Below are positions 1 through 13,300 of a DNA stretch of 64,000 nucleotides, piece by piece (position 1 is the stretch's first letter; every line of letters begins with the position of its first letter). Below the pieces are notes generated by a model. That model searched no databases, had not been told where the DNA came from, and worked only from the letters and a program-made list of their open reading frames with translations. The stretch lies in contig NC_059432.1 of NCBI RefSeq assembly GCF_021028975.2, forward strand, positions 37,014,001 to 37,078,000, in the 5' to 3' direction. The position numbers were made by a program, and so were the translations under genes. Origin of the DNA: Sphaerodactylus townsendi. Its lineage: Eukaryota.

Positions 1-99
1 TCCTAACTGTAGAACAACAGCAAATCTCTATAACTGTTCACTAAAATCCCCTTTGAACCAATGAACAACCAATTCATAGAGATTAAATAAGCTCTTAAG

Positions 100-415
100 A
101 ATCTTTTAAATTAATAGCTACAGAGGGCCTTCCAGAGGATGTTAACTCTAGAATAATGAAGGGCCTCTATTTGGAAAGGTCCAGGATCTGAAGAACAGAT
201 CTTGCTGAAACAATTTGTGTTTTAGAGAGATTCCTAAAAAACTGGAGGTCCTGGTTCAGTGGTCACGACACAACATGGCTCAGGACTCTTGGATAATTAT
301 AACTGTCACAGAGATATTGCGGCCTATTCCAAAGAGAAAGGTGCACTTCTTTTGCAAAATTTATCAAGGTGTTTTTGCAGAGACACTGTAGAAACAACAG
401 CAACTTAAGCAAAAT
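100..415 (+). mobile_element. Degraded L1-clade ORF1 fragment
   Basis: KVQDLKNRSC*NNLCFREIP resembles the L1 ORF1 motif DLENRSRRNNLR.RG.PE. Confidence 0.5.
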
Positions 416-1597
416 ACGACCCAATCTGGGGGAGGGGGAGTGCCGTTGGGAGTCAGGACAGACTCACGCCAGTGGATTTGCTCTCCCTAGGGCACATACC
501 CCATGGAATGGCAAATCTGTTGATGGGTGGTTGCTGTGGCCCGCCAAGATGCTCAAATGCGGTGCAAAGTGCTGCGTCAGTGGTCCTGCGCTGCCACCGG
601 CTCTGCCAGTGTAGCAGGGGCATTCCAGGGGTGTGGTGGCCAGAGGTGCACCTAACCTTCCACCCTGGATTTGCTGGAGGACATGCAGCAGCTGGGAGGT
701 TGGCCACCTGAAAGTCCTCCATAGTGATGAATGGACTTACACCACCTTTTTGGGTGGTATAAGTTCAGGACACTGGATGTGGTACCCCCATCACAAAAGC
801 TTAGGTGGGAGCTGACTATCGTTGGCTCTTTCCTTAGGAACGCCCCAGCCCGCCCCAGACACTGGCATCCAAATGGATGCCGATGCAGGGTGGAACATCA
901 ATTTTCCTTCTGGGTTGGACGCCATGGAGGTCTGTGGCATCTGCCCACCACCAAGACTGCCCACCCTGCCAGCGCATTTGCCAAATGTACAGGTGGGGTA
1001 GGAATATGAGCTGGTGTGAGTTTGCCCTTGGTTAAAAGAGTAATTTGCCCCCTCCTTTGGATGGAGCTTTGAGAGTTTGTGTGATAAGCTGTGGACAGGT
1101 GGAGTTTTAGAAGAAGGAGCTAGAGCTTCTGACAGAATTACTAGTAGGAGTTCAACTCTGAGTTTCAGACAGAGCAGACATATTTAGTGTCTGTGAAAGA
1201 CCTGTGGTGTTAGCGGGAAGAGAGTATTGGGAAAGAGGAACCCTACCGCAGCCAAGAAGGGGAAATTATTTGTAGGTAGAGAATTCCTAGCCCAAGTCCT
1301 AAAATCAGAGCTAATTCAACTTCTGGACAGAGTGGGTAGAACTGAGAGAACTGATGTAAAGAGTTTGTGTTACAGAAGGGCCAGTATCAAAGATGGGGAA
1401 TAAAAGAGAAAAATATTTATTTCAAATGTTGTGAAGTGATCCTAAAGTTTGGGAAGTCTGAAGGGAAAGTGAGCTGGAAAAATCTCCTTGCCATATAGTT
1501 TTCAGTCACCAGAGTAAATACACAAACCTCTGACTGCTAGCTTTGATTAAATCTGTGAAACACCTTGAAAGTCTATCATATTTTAAAGCAGGGTAGT

Positions 1598-2003
1598 CGA
1601 ATCCTAATGCTGAGGCAGCTGGGGAATGTGCCACTGCTGCACTGCCCTGCTGCCTCCAGAGGGCTTTCAGGTGGCATGGAGGGACAGAAAAAATAACCTC
1701 CCAGCTGCCTGAAGGCCCTCCATAGGTCTAAATGGATTTATACTACCCATTCAGGTGACATAGGTCTGGGGCTCGGACCACCGCATTCCCAACCATAGAC
1801 CTGCATTCCCATCCCTGACCTATTCCTCCCCCGTGCTGGCATCCAATTGGATGCCAGCATTTCTCCACAGCCACTTTCTGGTTTCACTGACGAGCTGCTG
1901 GTGCCTTTTCTCTTTCCACCAGCAAGGATGCCCTTGCTGAAAACATGCCAGCGCTACCTCCATTGACCTGTTCACCCCCTCTGTTTGTCCCCCCATTAGG
2001 ATT
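1598..2003. mobile_element. GC-rich non-autonomous DNA element (MITE-like)
   Basis: Terminal inverted aatcctaatg / cattaggatt. Confidence 0.45.
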
Positions 2004-3152
2004 GTTAAAAACTCTGTGAAAAAGTCTGTTCCATCAGGAGGTGGCCAAGGCCGAAAAGGCCCTGGCCCGTGTTGAGGCCAAATGGACCTCCTATGGGCCA
2101 GGAGTCTCTTGGCTCCTGATCGTAATGGCTGCTGGGGGTTACAATCCTCTTTTCAAAGAGGATTTCTTTCAAATAGGAATCATACTCTAATTATTATCAA
2201 TTGTAAAGTTCCACCCAAGTTAAAGGGCTGTTTAAGAGTCGATATTTTGACTTTAAAGTATGTGCACAAATTTAAGCATATATTCTTTAATATGTACAGA
2301 TACTGATAATCAGTTTCAAAAAGCAGTTATGTGATTGCTGAAAAGCTAGGGTAAATTTATATATCAAGACTGTCTTTTATTTTAAATTTTATTTTATGTT
2401 CCTTTAATATAACTGATAATCAATGCAGATCTATCTATTGTGTGTTTGCAAACATTACCTTTTCCTATGGCTGTGTAGTCTTTGCTGCGTTGTGGAGGCC
2501 AGTGTTTGCCACAGTAAGATTTGTTGTACAAATGGAGCCCTACTTTCACTTTCTACTCCCTTTGCGGGAAGTGAAACTACCTATAGCACGATTTAAATCT
2601 TGCCATCTCTGCCAGAGTGGGGCAGATTTGCCAGTGGGTACAGCTTTGCCCTGGACATCTTCTCTCCTTCCATGGCCAGCCTTCCCACTCCCTCGCACCA
2701 TTTTGCATGGCTTCCCCGTCACCCCCCTTTTCATGCTGTTGGCTTTTTCCTGCTTCCCTAAATGCATTGATCATGAGAGATCACTTACTCATATGTATAG
2801 TGGGGGGAGGGGACAGAACCCCCTGTCTCTGTCGAAGGTCTGTATTCAGTCTCTCCTCCACCAGCACAACCTCAGTTGCCAGCTGCCCTGGAGTCTTCCC
2901 CCTTGCCCCCCTTTGCATGCTGCCGGCTCCTTCCTGCTTCTCTGAAGTGCACAGATTGAGAGATCGAGAGATTGATCTTTCCATACAAAGTAACAACAAA
3001 GGGGTATTTTGCAAGGAACACTACAAGCAGGTTCTTTTTGGGTCCACCTCATCTCCCCTGCTCCCCTGATGGCTGAGACGGCTTTTAAAACTTTATTTCA
3101 GACAAGACTGTTTTAAAACAAGTCTCTCTCTTCCCTTGCCATGGCAGTGGAG

Positions 3153-3153
<1 letters not shown>

Positions 3154-3198
<45 letters not shown>

Positions 3199-3211
3199 AG
3201 AGAGGGGGGGA
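3154..3211 (+). repeat. (AC)n microsatellite followed by (AG)n and a G run
   Basis: Seen directly. Confidence 0.95.
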
Positions 3212-4639
3212 GGGGCATGTGTGTGCAGATTTGATTGTTTATTTGTATTTATTTGATTGTTTTATTGTAAGCCATCTTGAGTTGTAGAGATATGGCAAGG
3301 TATACATGTAATAAACAAACAAACAAACAAACAAATAAGGGAGTGAGGGAGAGAATATCAGCTCTGTACCTTTAAGTCAGTTAATGGGTAGAGTTAAGAG
3401 AATGGGGAGAAGCAGATGCCCAGCAGAGTTCAGCAAACTGCGCCGCCGTCTGTGTATGTGCTGCCTCCTTGCGTGTAAACAGAGAAACGTGAGGAGAGCC
3501 CACTTCAAGCCCACTGCGCAGAGAACAGGCTTGAGGTAAGTGTTCCATGCATAATGGGTCCTTGTATCCTTTTGTTTTTGGTTGTTATAATACTTTGTGA
3601 AAAATAATATATATATTTTAAAAGCCTCCCCATGCTGCTGGGAAGCATCTATGGGAGTTGGTAGGGTACGTGGCCGTAGTGCTGCAGCTGGCCACCTGGC
3701 TCCTTGGATTGGGTTGAGAAACTCCCACCAGTTATATTAAAAACATAAACTTCCTCTACCCTTAGCTGATATCTGTAACCTAGCCTAACGGGACGATGCT
3801 CTATATAAACCCAAGCTACTGCAAATAATTGATGTCATTCTCAAAGCAAGGAAAGACAAAATGCTAGTGATATTATTAGCCCACTACGATATCAAGGTGT
3901 CAATTGTATGGCCTTTTTGCCATCTAGACTAAACAAAATAATTCAGTACATTAATTATGACCAACCCAGCTTTATTTCTCATAAGCAAACAGCTGATAGT
4001 GTTCAGAGAACTCTTAATAGTTTTAATTATTCCTAGAAGAATTAATTGTCACTTGATGCTGAAAAGGTGACTGGTTGCCCGGAGGGAGCCTCCTTCACAA
4101 GGGGTTTGGGGAGGTCTCTCTTCAGATGATCTCTGCTCACAGTGAGGTCCCAAGAGTAAATAATTTTAGATCTAATGATTCAGGCGCAGAGAGCAGTACC
4201 CAGCTGAAGTGCTCCCTGCCACCCCTGTTGTTCATTCTATCTATAGAACCTGGTAGAAGCTACCAGGAATAGTGATAAAGTGGTAATAATGGCAGATATA
4301 CAACAATTTTTTTATATAATAATATAATACTGTACAGTATGAATCCACTTTGTCGTGCCTTTGAACATCCTTCAAAATAGAATATAATGAATTAGAGATA
4401 ATAACCACTAATCTCTCTGAATTCACAGAAAATTTATTAAATTACATCTTTATTTTCAATAGATAGGGAAATCGTTGAGAACTCAGCTGGTTTCAGAGTA
4501 TCTGGAAAAAAGAACCCATGGTTTTGTAGAACAGGCATGGCTCCCCCAGGCCTGGTTTCGTGATAAGATGATACTCAGTTTACAGAATTTATTTCAAATT
4601 CACTATCAGCTTCTAGTCCTGGAAGATGACTCAAGACTT

Positions 4640-4930
4640 TAAAATCTGTGCTGCATACAATTTTCTGGGGCAAGAAGTAATCCAACTCATAAAGCTTTTC
4701 CCAAGTTTTTGTTTTATTTCAAATGGTTTTCTGGACAAATTCATCAGTGAAATGTTTAGCAAATGGTAGTTTACACTGAACAAATTCACCTGGCCAAAAA
4801 CAAGCCTATGATAACTTTGACAACTCTTAGCAACTTGAATGAAAAAGGAGGGTTGAATCTTCCTGACTTTTGCCTTTACTGTAAGACTCTGCAGATACGA
4901 AACATCCTGCAATACTTCAAACTCAAAACG
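4640..4930 (+). mobile_element. Degraded L1/Tx1 ORF2 fragment
   Basis: KNKPMITLTTL..EKGGLNLPDFCLY matches the L1-clade KKPRI..GGL.LPDF..YY motif. Confidence 0.65.
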
Positions 4931-5858
4931 GTGAGTGTAAACACAAGATTTCTCATTTCTGTTTTTGCTTAAAGAGTCTGTCTGGATGGCACTAACAGAA
5001 TTAACCCTAAAGGATAATATTGATTTTTTCCTTGATCTTTCTCTTTCCCTTGATCTTTCCCTTTGAGCAACGTTGGGAGCAGGCAATTGCAAGTTGTGTG
5101 GCACACAATGGCGCAGCTCCTCACATTTATACAGGGAAATGGGAGGAGACCCCACTGTGGAGGGACTGTGGGGCTAGGAGCCCAGTGGAAAACACTTAAT
5201 ACATAATGGGCCTTTGTTTCAAACCCCATCTTTAAAAAGCACTATATTTAGACCCTTGATATCTCTGTCACCTTTCCCACAAATGAAGACACAAGAAAAC
5301 ATAATGTGGGTTTAACTAGTTTATTTAAGTGGTTCATCTATGTCATTAAAAATATTCTAATATATTTTAAAGGCAGGCAGCCTTACTGTAGGCAGCATTC
5401 ATTTAGGCAACTCCAACCTGGCTCCAACCTCTGCCCTCCAGGACCACCCCTGCTTAATGCCCTACTAGTCTTGCACGTCTATTGCCTTAAAAACCCTATG
5501 AGGTGGGGTTGCCATAAATCAGCTGTGACTTGAGGGCATGGACTTGCATGCACACACAGACAGCATGCTCACTGTATTTTACAGAGCTTGAGTGCTCCCT
5601 TCAAGATGCACCTAGAGTATAGGTGTGCAATTGTAAGGGTCTGTTACTCCAGTCAACAATTGAGACTCAGGAATGGTTCAAAAGCTTTATTGAACTGTGT
5701 CAAGACCTGGGCTGCACCCTTCTGCAGCTAGTATATATCTTCAAACATTGCCCATTCAGATGTTCCCTGCTCCCATTGATTCCCACAATTGCCCACATAA
5801 GAGAGGATAGTGTGAAGACAGTATTGTTATGAGTTAGCCCAAGACCACAACAGACATA

Positions 5859-6364
5859 CAGTGGAATCTTGGTTTTCATTGGTAATCCGTCCAAAAAGAA
5901 TCGATGAAAACCGAAACCGATGAAAACCGAGGCAAACTTTTCCATAGGAATCAATGTAAATCCAATTAATCCGTTCTAAGCACTCCAAAAAACATATCAA
6001 AAACACATTTTTGGTGAATAAACATAGTGTTAAATGCTGAAAATAGTAACAAACAATAACACTAGGACCAGCTTCAGAACCAGTGGACCAATGTCGCACC
6101 AGAAAGCTGTCCAAAGAGGTCTGTTTCTGATGCCTCTTTAAGATTTGTCTGAAATGGGGGCAAGACATTGTCATGAAACCCGTTGCAGACATGGCCTGCA
6201 ACAGTTTTGTCCAGGTGATTTTTCTCCACAAATCCCTGCATCCTACTGCAAATCAATGAAAATCGAGGCAAATCGATGAAAACCAAGACAAATTTTTCAC
6301 TGAAAAAACTGATGAAAACCGAAACCGATGAAAACTGAAGGCAATGAAAACCGAGGTTCCACTG
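5859..6364 (-). mobile_element. Tc1/mariner (Tigger/pogo) internally deleted element
   Basis: TIR cagtggaa.ct.ggttttcattg, TA target duplication on both sides, internal transposase C-terminus HFRQILKRHQKQTSLDSFL on -. Confidence 0.88.
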
Positions 6365-6839
6365 TACTTCCTTCTCCAGGAAATGGGACATGGGGGGTGG
6401 TATGCATACTTCACTAGTTAAAAGCAAGCCACAGAAGAATAGAACAGAAAGGCCCTCAGGCCGCAGATAACAGCAAATGCAGGTGCGACCTTGGCTCCAG
6501 CCCTGTGATGCCAGGCCCAACCAAGCCAGGCCTGACAGCAATATGATGTTGTTCACTGGATACGATGTCTAATATTTCTTGGATTGGACTGGTAATATCT
6601 GATCCTACCATAGGCTTTCCCAATATTGCCCAATTCAATAATTTAATCCCAATAAATATTTGGAATGGACTCAGGAAACTTTTCACTGTTCACAGGTGAT
6701 CCCTGAAGCAAAGGCCCTTGAAACTTTAAAGGGCCATTATTTTCAATGGGAAGACCTGGCCCCCAACCTCTGGAGGCCAGACCTACCCCTAATTGAAAAC
6801 AACGACCCTTTGATTTTTCAGTGGCAGATATGGGGCGCA

Positions 6840-7144
6840 AGAAGAGGAGTTTGGATTTATTCCCCACCTTTCTCTCCTGTAAGAAGAGTCAAGGCAGCTT
6901 ACAAACTCCTTTCCCTTCTTCTCCCCACTACAACCTTGAGAGGTATGTGGGGCTGAGAGAGTTCTGAATGAACTGTGACCAGCCCAAGGTCACCCAGCAG
7001 GAAGGTAGGGGTGGGAAAACAAATCTGGTTCATTAGATAAGAGTCCGCCATGTGGAGGAGTGTGGAAAACTCCTCCATGTGGAGGACTGAGGAATCAATC
7101 CTTCAGATTAGTGTCCACCAGCTTTTAACCACTACACCATGCTG
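6840..7144 (-). mobile_element. Squam3-type tRNA-derived SINE
   Basis: tRNA-like head (gtggtgtagtggtt on -), body gggtgaccttgggc, (TTC)n tail; four more copies in window. Confidence 0.85.
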
Positions 7145-7567
7145 GATTGTAGAAAATAATGCCCATTTAACTTAAGGTAGTAGAAAACAATACCTATTTA
7201 ACTTAAGGGGCATAATTTTCAATGGCTGGGGTGGTAAGCAGGTTGGCTGTGGACTCCCCCCTCCTTTGTAGGAGGTAGGAACAGAGAAGTAGAAACATGA
7301 CTTTAAAGAGCCATTTGTTTTCTACATTAGGAGGCCAGATCTACCTCCCATTGAGAGTAATAAGTAGTATAACTGGCTTCTGAAGGCCAGGTTATTTCCT
7401 ATTATTTAGTGCACCCCCTGTTGTTCAGCAGGTTTGAAGGCTACGACTTCCCAATTGAAATAATATCACTTTAACCTAAAGTGATGTTCCACATATGGCT
7501 GGGGCCCTTCGTCTGTGTCTCTTCCTCCCTGTTCTTGCTGCCTCTGGGGGGGTGGGGGCACTACGAA

Positions 7568-8030
7568 CATTTATTTATTTATGTGTATTTATCTATACAT
7601 TATTAATAGTCTGCCTTTCTCACTGAGACTCAGGACAGCTTACACAGAACAAGTCAAATACAATTGACAGGATGGGAAATCCAATGAACAATGCAATACA
7701 GTTTGCAGAATCTAAAAGCAACCAGAAAATTGAAAATGGATTTGAAAGCTTAAGCATTAACACAACATGTTAAGTGATGCAGAAAATACATAGCGGGAAT
7801 CACAGTTACAGTAAGAGAGAGTACGTGCTACACACAGTAGTATAGTCCACAATCCCTGTACCTTTACTGAAGCATCTTTCTGAAACACTGTACTACAGTA
7901 CCACCCTAATTACCTGTTCTAAAAGTTCTTCTGAATAATTTAATTTGTGGAAACCCTGGAGGCTGAGAGCCTTCTTGACTGCATCAGTAGGCCTCCAAAA
8001 GAGAATGCACCTGCACATGATTTCCCCCAT
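7568..8030 (-). mobile_element. L2-like LINE 3' end
   Basis: (AAAT)n-type tail on - followed by the typical ctgcctttctc..gagactcag..gcttac end. Confidence 0.5.
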
Positions 8031-8464
8031 TTTCCACACACACATGTGGTCCTGCTCCAACAACCATTGCTTTCCAGGGGAAATTTAGGAATGGCAATAT
8101 TGTATTGTTCCAATCTTTCGGGAACAATAACAGTTCTCTTGATATCTAATATAAACGATAATAATGCCTTTCCTGACTTTCTGTAAAATTTAAAGTTTTA
8201 AAATGATAATTTAAATTTTTGAATGATAATTTTGGAAATGCACACCCTTACTCTGGAGGAGTTTGGTCCAGATGGGGCCTCATGTGGGCACAACTCTTCA
8301 ATCCTTTAAAAAAAGACTGGGCCCTCATAGTGATGCAAACCCCCACAATAGGACAAAGTCATTCTCATCTAAATGTCAAAGCAATACTTCTGGATGAATG
8401 CCCTTTCTTAACACTGGATGGAAGGAAAGTAAACGCTGCTTCCACAGCACCCAGTGATTGACTA

Positions 8465-8645
8465 GTTTTGCCAACCTCTAGGTGGGACCTGGAGGCCTCA
8501 TAGATGATGATGAGAGTTTCCCTAGGGAAAATGGAAGCTTTGGAGGATGGACACTATGACATTATGCTGACTAAGGTTCCTACCCTCCCCAGGTCTATCC
8601 CCCACAAATCTCCTGGAATTTCCCAAGCTGTAGTTGACAACCCTG
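8465..8645. mobile_element. Gecko-type hAT-like MITE (ttgccaacct...ggcaaccct family); relatives at ~18380-18573, 57190-57380 and 62475-62700
   Basis: Mutually similar dispersed copies with GTTGCCA-type termini. Confidence 0.6.
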
Positions 8646-9304
8646 ACACTGGCCGTGGAATTAAAGTCCAGCTGGGTTCAGATGTTGTTTGAAGTGGAAT
8701 GACTGTCCTGAGCAGACTGCGATTTGTCTGCAAAAGAAGAGCTTGTAAAGACTAGATTTCCACTCCTTACCCTCTGACTTATTTAACTAGTGATGCCTAA
8801 GTTAACTGCAGGAGATGTTGCTCCAGTCCTAAAAGAATGTGTGCCAGACTCCATGTTGGCTGCCCTGTGCCCACAAGGATGTGATAGAATGTGTCCTGTG
8901 ATAATTCATCAATGGCACATCACTGTCATGGACAGCCTGGGTCAGAGTCCTGTGTTCAACCCTGTGAGAGGGTAGGGTTGCAGATCTCCCACAATTTTCA
9001 GCATCCCATGAAGCCTCTGAAGATGAAAGTGCCAGACGTGCAAACAGCAGAGCTCTCTAAGATACATCCCAGCATGCCTAAGCTGAAATTGCACAATATT
9101 CTCCCACTGTTCATATTAGATATTATACCCAAGTTGGTAGCCCATTTTGCCAGACACTCTTTAACATGTTCTTCTTCCATTTCCAAGCTCAACAAAAGTT
9201 TATATATTTTAGCAATAACATGTCCATCATTTGTACATAACTTCCATTCAATTTCTGTCTTGGTATCAACAAAACCATATTTTTAAAAAATCTGACTTAA
9301 ATCT

Positions 9305-9460
9305 TCATAGAATCATAGAGTTGGAAGAGACCATAAGGGCCATCAAGTCCAACCCCGTGCCATGCGGGATCACACAATCAAAGCTCCCTTGACAAATGAT
9401 GATTCAGCTTCTGTTAAAAAACCTCCAAAGAAGGAGACTCCACCACTCTTCGAGGCAGTG
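9305..9460 (-). mobile_element. CR1 LINE 3' end
   Basis: catagaatcatagagttggaagagacc..aagggccatc.agtccaaccc is the canonical squamate CR1 terminus. Confidence 0.85.
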
Positions 9461-9949
9461 GTGGAGTTGTGCATAACAAAACCAATCACAAATAATACTG
9501 ATTTTTCAAATGACATTCCCTAAGCTGCTGTGCGGCTGCAGAGAAAGAGGGTCAAAGGTCCTTTCCGCACAAATCCCCCAAAACATTTTTAAAACGTTTT
9601 CAATCCCCCTCCTTTACAATGACGTTGTCTCCACTCACCCCCCTGAAAAGATTCCTGGCCACCATTACATTATTTTTCCTCTTCTTTTTTTGAGTTCTGA
9701 ATTGATGCTTCAGTGCTTCACAGTTTTGTGCTGCGATTCTATACTCCTCCTATACCTGGATGCTTCGAAGATTGCCCCCCCCCCCAAAATAATAGAACAA
9801 ACACAGAAATGCTGCAAAGAAACAGGTGAGGAAGAACTGAGCTTAGAAAATGTCACCGAGTAGGAAGTTCAGGGAAGTAGAGAAGCATGGGAAACATAGC
9901 AAACACACTGCGTGGCAACTGAAGACATTTTGAAAACATTTCAAGCAAA

Positions 9950-10680
9950 AGAATCATTTTAATGTTATAGAATAAAAATATAAAATTTACCACATGTAAA
10001 AGAATATTGGTATAAGATGTTTTATAGAACCCCAGAAGATATTAGAAAAATGGACAAAAAAATACAAGGGCACATGCTGGAAATGTCAAGAAAAAATTGG
10101 ATCTTTTGTCCGTATGTGGTAGACTTGCAAAAAGGCTGAAAAATTATGAATAATGATCCACATTAAATTAAAATTAAAATGTTAAAAATTAAATTCCAAA
10201 TGGACCCCAAAACTATGCTGTTAGGCATTCTCCCAGAAAACAAGAATTACTGGTATTTCTGTATTTACTGCAGCAAGAGTCACTGTAATGTCTAGCTGGA
10301 AAATGGGAGAATATCCCATTCAAGAAAACTGGAAAGAAAAGATGAGAGAGTACTTTATTATGACTCAACTGACAAACTTTGTTAATAGAAAACTGGAATA
10401 TGAACTTAAAGAAAAATGGGAGCTTTATTTGAAGTATTATACACTGTAAAATCCTATTTAAGCATATGTGTTGATATCAGATTGTTAAAGTTTGTGTTTC
10501 AGTTTATATGAATTTGTTTACAAACATTATATAAGTGGCTAAGTTTTCCTTCAATATATTGATTAGTATGGTCGCAGATCCATGTAACACTTTTCTTTTC
10601 TCCTTTCTCTTTTCTAAATTTCTTTTTTTTCATTTTGTAATGTTTTGTGGAAAAATAAAAACTCATTATTTAAAAAATAG
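9950..10680 (+). mobile_element. L1 3' end (ORF2 zinc knuckle and tail)
   Basis: KYKGTCWKCQEKIGSFVRMW*TCKK CCHC-type region, then AATAAA and an A-rich tail. Confidence 0.8.
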
Positions 10681-10861
10681 TAGTCTAAAAAGGGGATTCA
10701 TTTAAAACGTTTTGAGGCTGAAAATAAAATGTTTAGGGGTAAAAATAATGTAGACTTCCATGGAGTAAACATTTTAAAAGGTTTGTGCAGAAAGGACCAA
10801 ATGCAGAACTGACTTTTGAAAAAACATCATAGTGCAATATTGCTGGGAACAAATTGAAAAA

Positions 10862-11512
10862 ATTGGTTGGTGTGGGCTTTCCGGGCTGTGTGGCCATGGT
10901 TTGGTAGATCTTGTTCCTAACGTTTCGCCTGCATCTGTGACTGGCATCTTCAGAGGTGTATCACAGAGAGAAGTGTGATACACACTGTGAGAACGGAATG
11001 TTTAGTGGGGTATATATTGTCCATGCTCCAGGGTGGGGAACCAATCAGTAAATATTTGGGTGGAACTTGCTATGCAAAGGTGTGGTTGACTGCATTGTAT
11101 TGCGGGTGGGGTTTTCAGTCCATTTAGAAGAGGAAGAAGAAGAGTTTGGATTTCCATCCCCCCTTTCTCTCCTGTAGGAGACTCAAAGGAGTTTACAATC
11201 TCCTTGCCCTTCCCCCCTTACAACAAACACCCTGTGAGGTGGGTGGGGCTGATAGAGCTCCGAAAAGCTGTGACTAGCCCAAGGCCACCCAGCTGGAGTG
11301 TGTGGGAGTGTACAGGCTAATCTGAATTCCCCAGATAAGCCTCCACAACTCAAGCGGCAGAGCTGGGAATCAAACCTGGTTCCTCCAGATCAGAGTGCAC
11401 CTGCTCTTAGCCACTGCTCTTAGCCACTATGCCACTGCTGCTCCTTTATATTACATTAGTATTACTTTATATTACATTAGCATTACTTTACACTAGTATT
11501 TGCATTTGCATT
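10862..11512 (-). mobile_element. Penelope-like element fragment interrupted by a Squam3 SINE
   Basis: ggctgtgtggccatgg..aacgtttcgcctgcatctgtg.ctggcatcttcagagg pLTR motif; related pieces at 13940-14040, 38217-38410 and 47195-47300. Confidence 0.75.
11127..11445 (-). mobile_element. Squam3-type SINE
   Basis: Near-identical to copies at 52520 and 59441. Confidence 0.9.
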
Positions 11513-11862
11513 CCAAATGGACCCCAAAACTATGCTATTTGGATTTTTGGGGTGTTATAAAATTAATAGGAAAAATGAATTTAATTTTTTTTAACAAAGC
11601 AGGATTACAGGATGTGTAGTAATGACAAGTCCAGTTAAATATTTGGGAAGAAACCTGACTGGACAAAATGATACATTATCTCTAGGACATATCCCAGCAT
11701 GCCTGAGCTGAAAGTGCACAAGGTCTCTTCTCTGAAAAAGGAAAATTTTCCCAGGGTTACAGTATTGGGATCCAAAACTCTGAACCAACAGGAATGACAA
11801 GGGGGCAGGATGCAGCAGGAAGAAAGAATTTGTAAAAACTGCCAATTCAGTGTGGATTCAAC

Positions 11863-12255
11863 CAGAGGTGGGATCCAGCAGGTTCTCACAGGTTCCCGAG
11901 AGTAGGTTACTAATTATTTGTGTGTGCCGAGAGGGGGTTATTAATTGGTGATTTTGCTATGTGACTTTTGCCTTAGTTACGCCCCCGCCCCCCAGCAGTA
12001 GCGCGCAGAACTTGAAGCAGTCTACCAGGAGGTGCACCGGCGTGTGTGGCAGCCTGCGCCTGCGTGCATTCGTTTCCCGCCCAAGGACCGGTGCAGCGGC
12101 TGCGTCCTTGCCACAGCCCCGCCCAGCAATGCCCCGCCCCCGGAATGCCCAGCCACGCCCCCGGAATGCGCCGCCCAGCCCCATTGGCGCTCCGCCACTG
12201 TTTGAATCCCACCACCATGGGAACCTGTTACTAAAATTTTTGGATCCCCCCACTG
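11863..12255. mobile_element. hAT MITE with perfect 8-bp TSD (gattcaac)
   Basis: TIR cagaggtgggatcca / tggatccccccactg; TSD at 11855-62 and 12256-63. Confidence 0.88.
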
Positions 12256-12269
12256 GATTCAACCCTGGA

Positions 12270-13300
12270 TTCAACAAATATTGCAATGTATCTTCTGGTT
12301 TCTCATTTGCTAAGGGGACCCCCAGTTCCTCAAGTAGGTCCTGAATAACTGCTATTAACCAAGGCACATTGCCCAGTATTACAAAGACTCACAATTTTTT
12401 TAAAAAAATTATTGAAATTATGAGCAATGCTTACCAAACCTGCTTCTGGCAAAAATGCCCACTCCAATTTTGTGCTGAAATGCACAAAAGCCAAATTAGA
12501 AATGAAGAACCCATTGGAAAGGACTTAACAAAAATGGACATCCTAAGAATGGACAGGAAGTATACACAAAGCAGACTTAATATCACACTTTTCTTAAAAA
12601 GCTCCAACCCTACATCCTCAGACTATCCTAACAGTTGAACTGAATGATGCACAATGAACTGTGCAGAATTCATCTGGCTTGTCAGGGTGTGACAAGTGAT
12701 ATGTGGTCTTAAACTGAGCCAAGCCTTTATCCCAAGGAGGGAAACTGCCATTTTTTAAAAAGAGACCTGTGAAGAGACCTCTCCTTAACAAACCTTTCCC
12801 AAGTCACATAGCCCAGGCCCATAACAGACTTCACGTTCTTTGTCTTGAAGAACTGCCATAGACGAAAATAAGGGATCCCAAAACCAAGACTGAAACCCTC
12901 TACTGAATACATTGCATTATCTCTCTTAAGGTACTTGCCAAGTCAGTTCAGAACTCAACAAAATATTGAACTGGATGCCCTTAGAAGGGCTGCCCCCAAA
13001 TCCGCAACCAAAAATTTCTACGGTCTATAGGTGTAAAGGCTATACTGTGCAAAGGAAACCTGGATCGTTGCCTGCCTAAACATCTTTCCACAAACACAGT
13101 GCCTGCCGGTGCCTACCAAGCATTCTGAAAAAATGGACAGGTTGAGTGGGGCTATTGCCAGGCAGAGCTTGTGTCTGGCTGATGATTCCTTTGCAATGGA
13201 TTGGCCATTGTCATCAAAGGAAAGTCTCTTGGGCGGCAATTGAAGCCACATCATGAGGATTATGTTGAATGGCTGCTAATAGGCTGCTACCTGTCTTGGC
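12270..13300 (-). mobile_element. Degraded DIRS-type retrotransposon (gag end and RT start)
   Basis: YSVEGFSLGFGIPY..KNVKSVMG..VKE (12727-12912) and QDLLEELGVPLANEKPE (12290-12350) match DIRS RT motifs GF..GFRIPY..NLKS and LGVPLA.EKTEGP; WLQL gag-like motif near 13240. Confidence 0.75.

Noticed and set aside
2442-3069. 150-167 aa ORFs
   Set aside because: No recognisable domain, pyrimidine-biased repeat-like sequence, no supported splice structure
11957-12367. 127-136 aa GC-rich ORFs
   Set aside because: Read-through of a hAT MITE joined to a DIRS remnant
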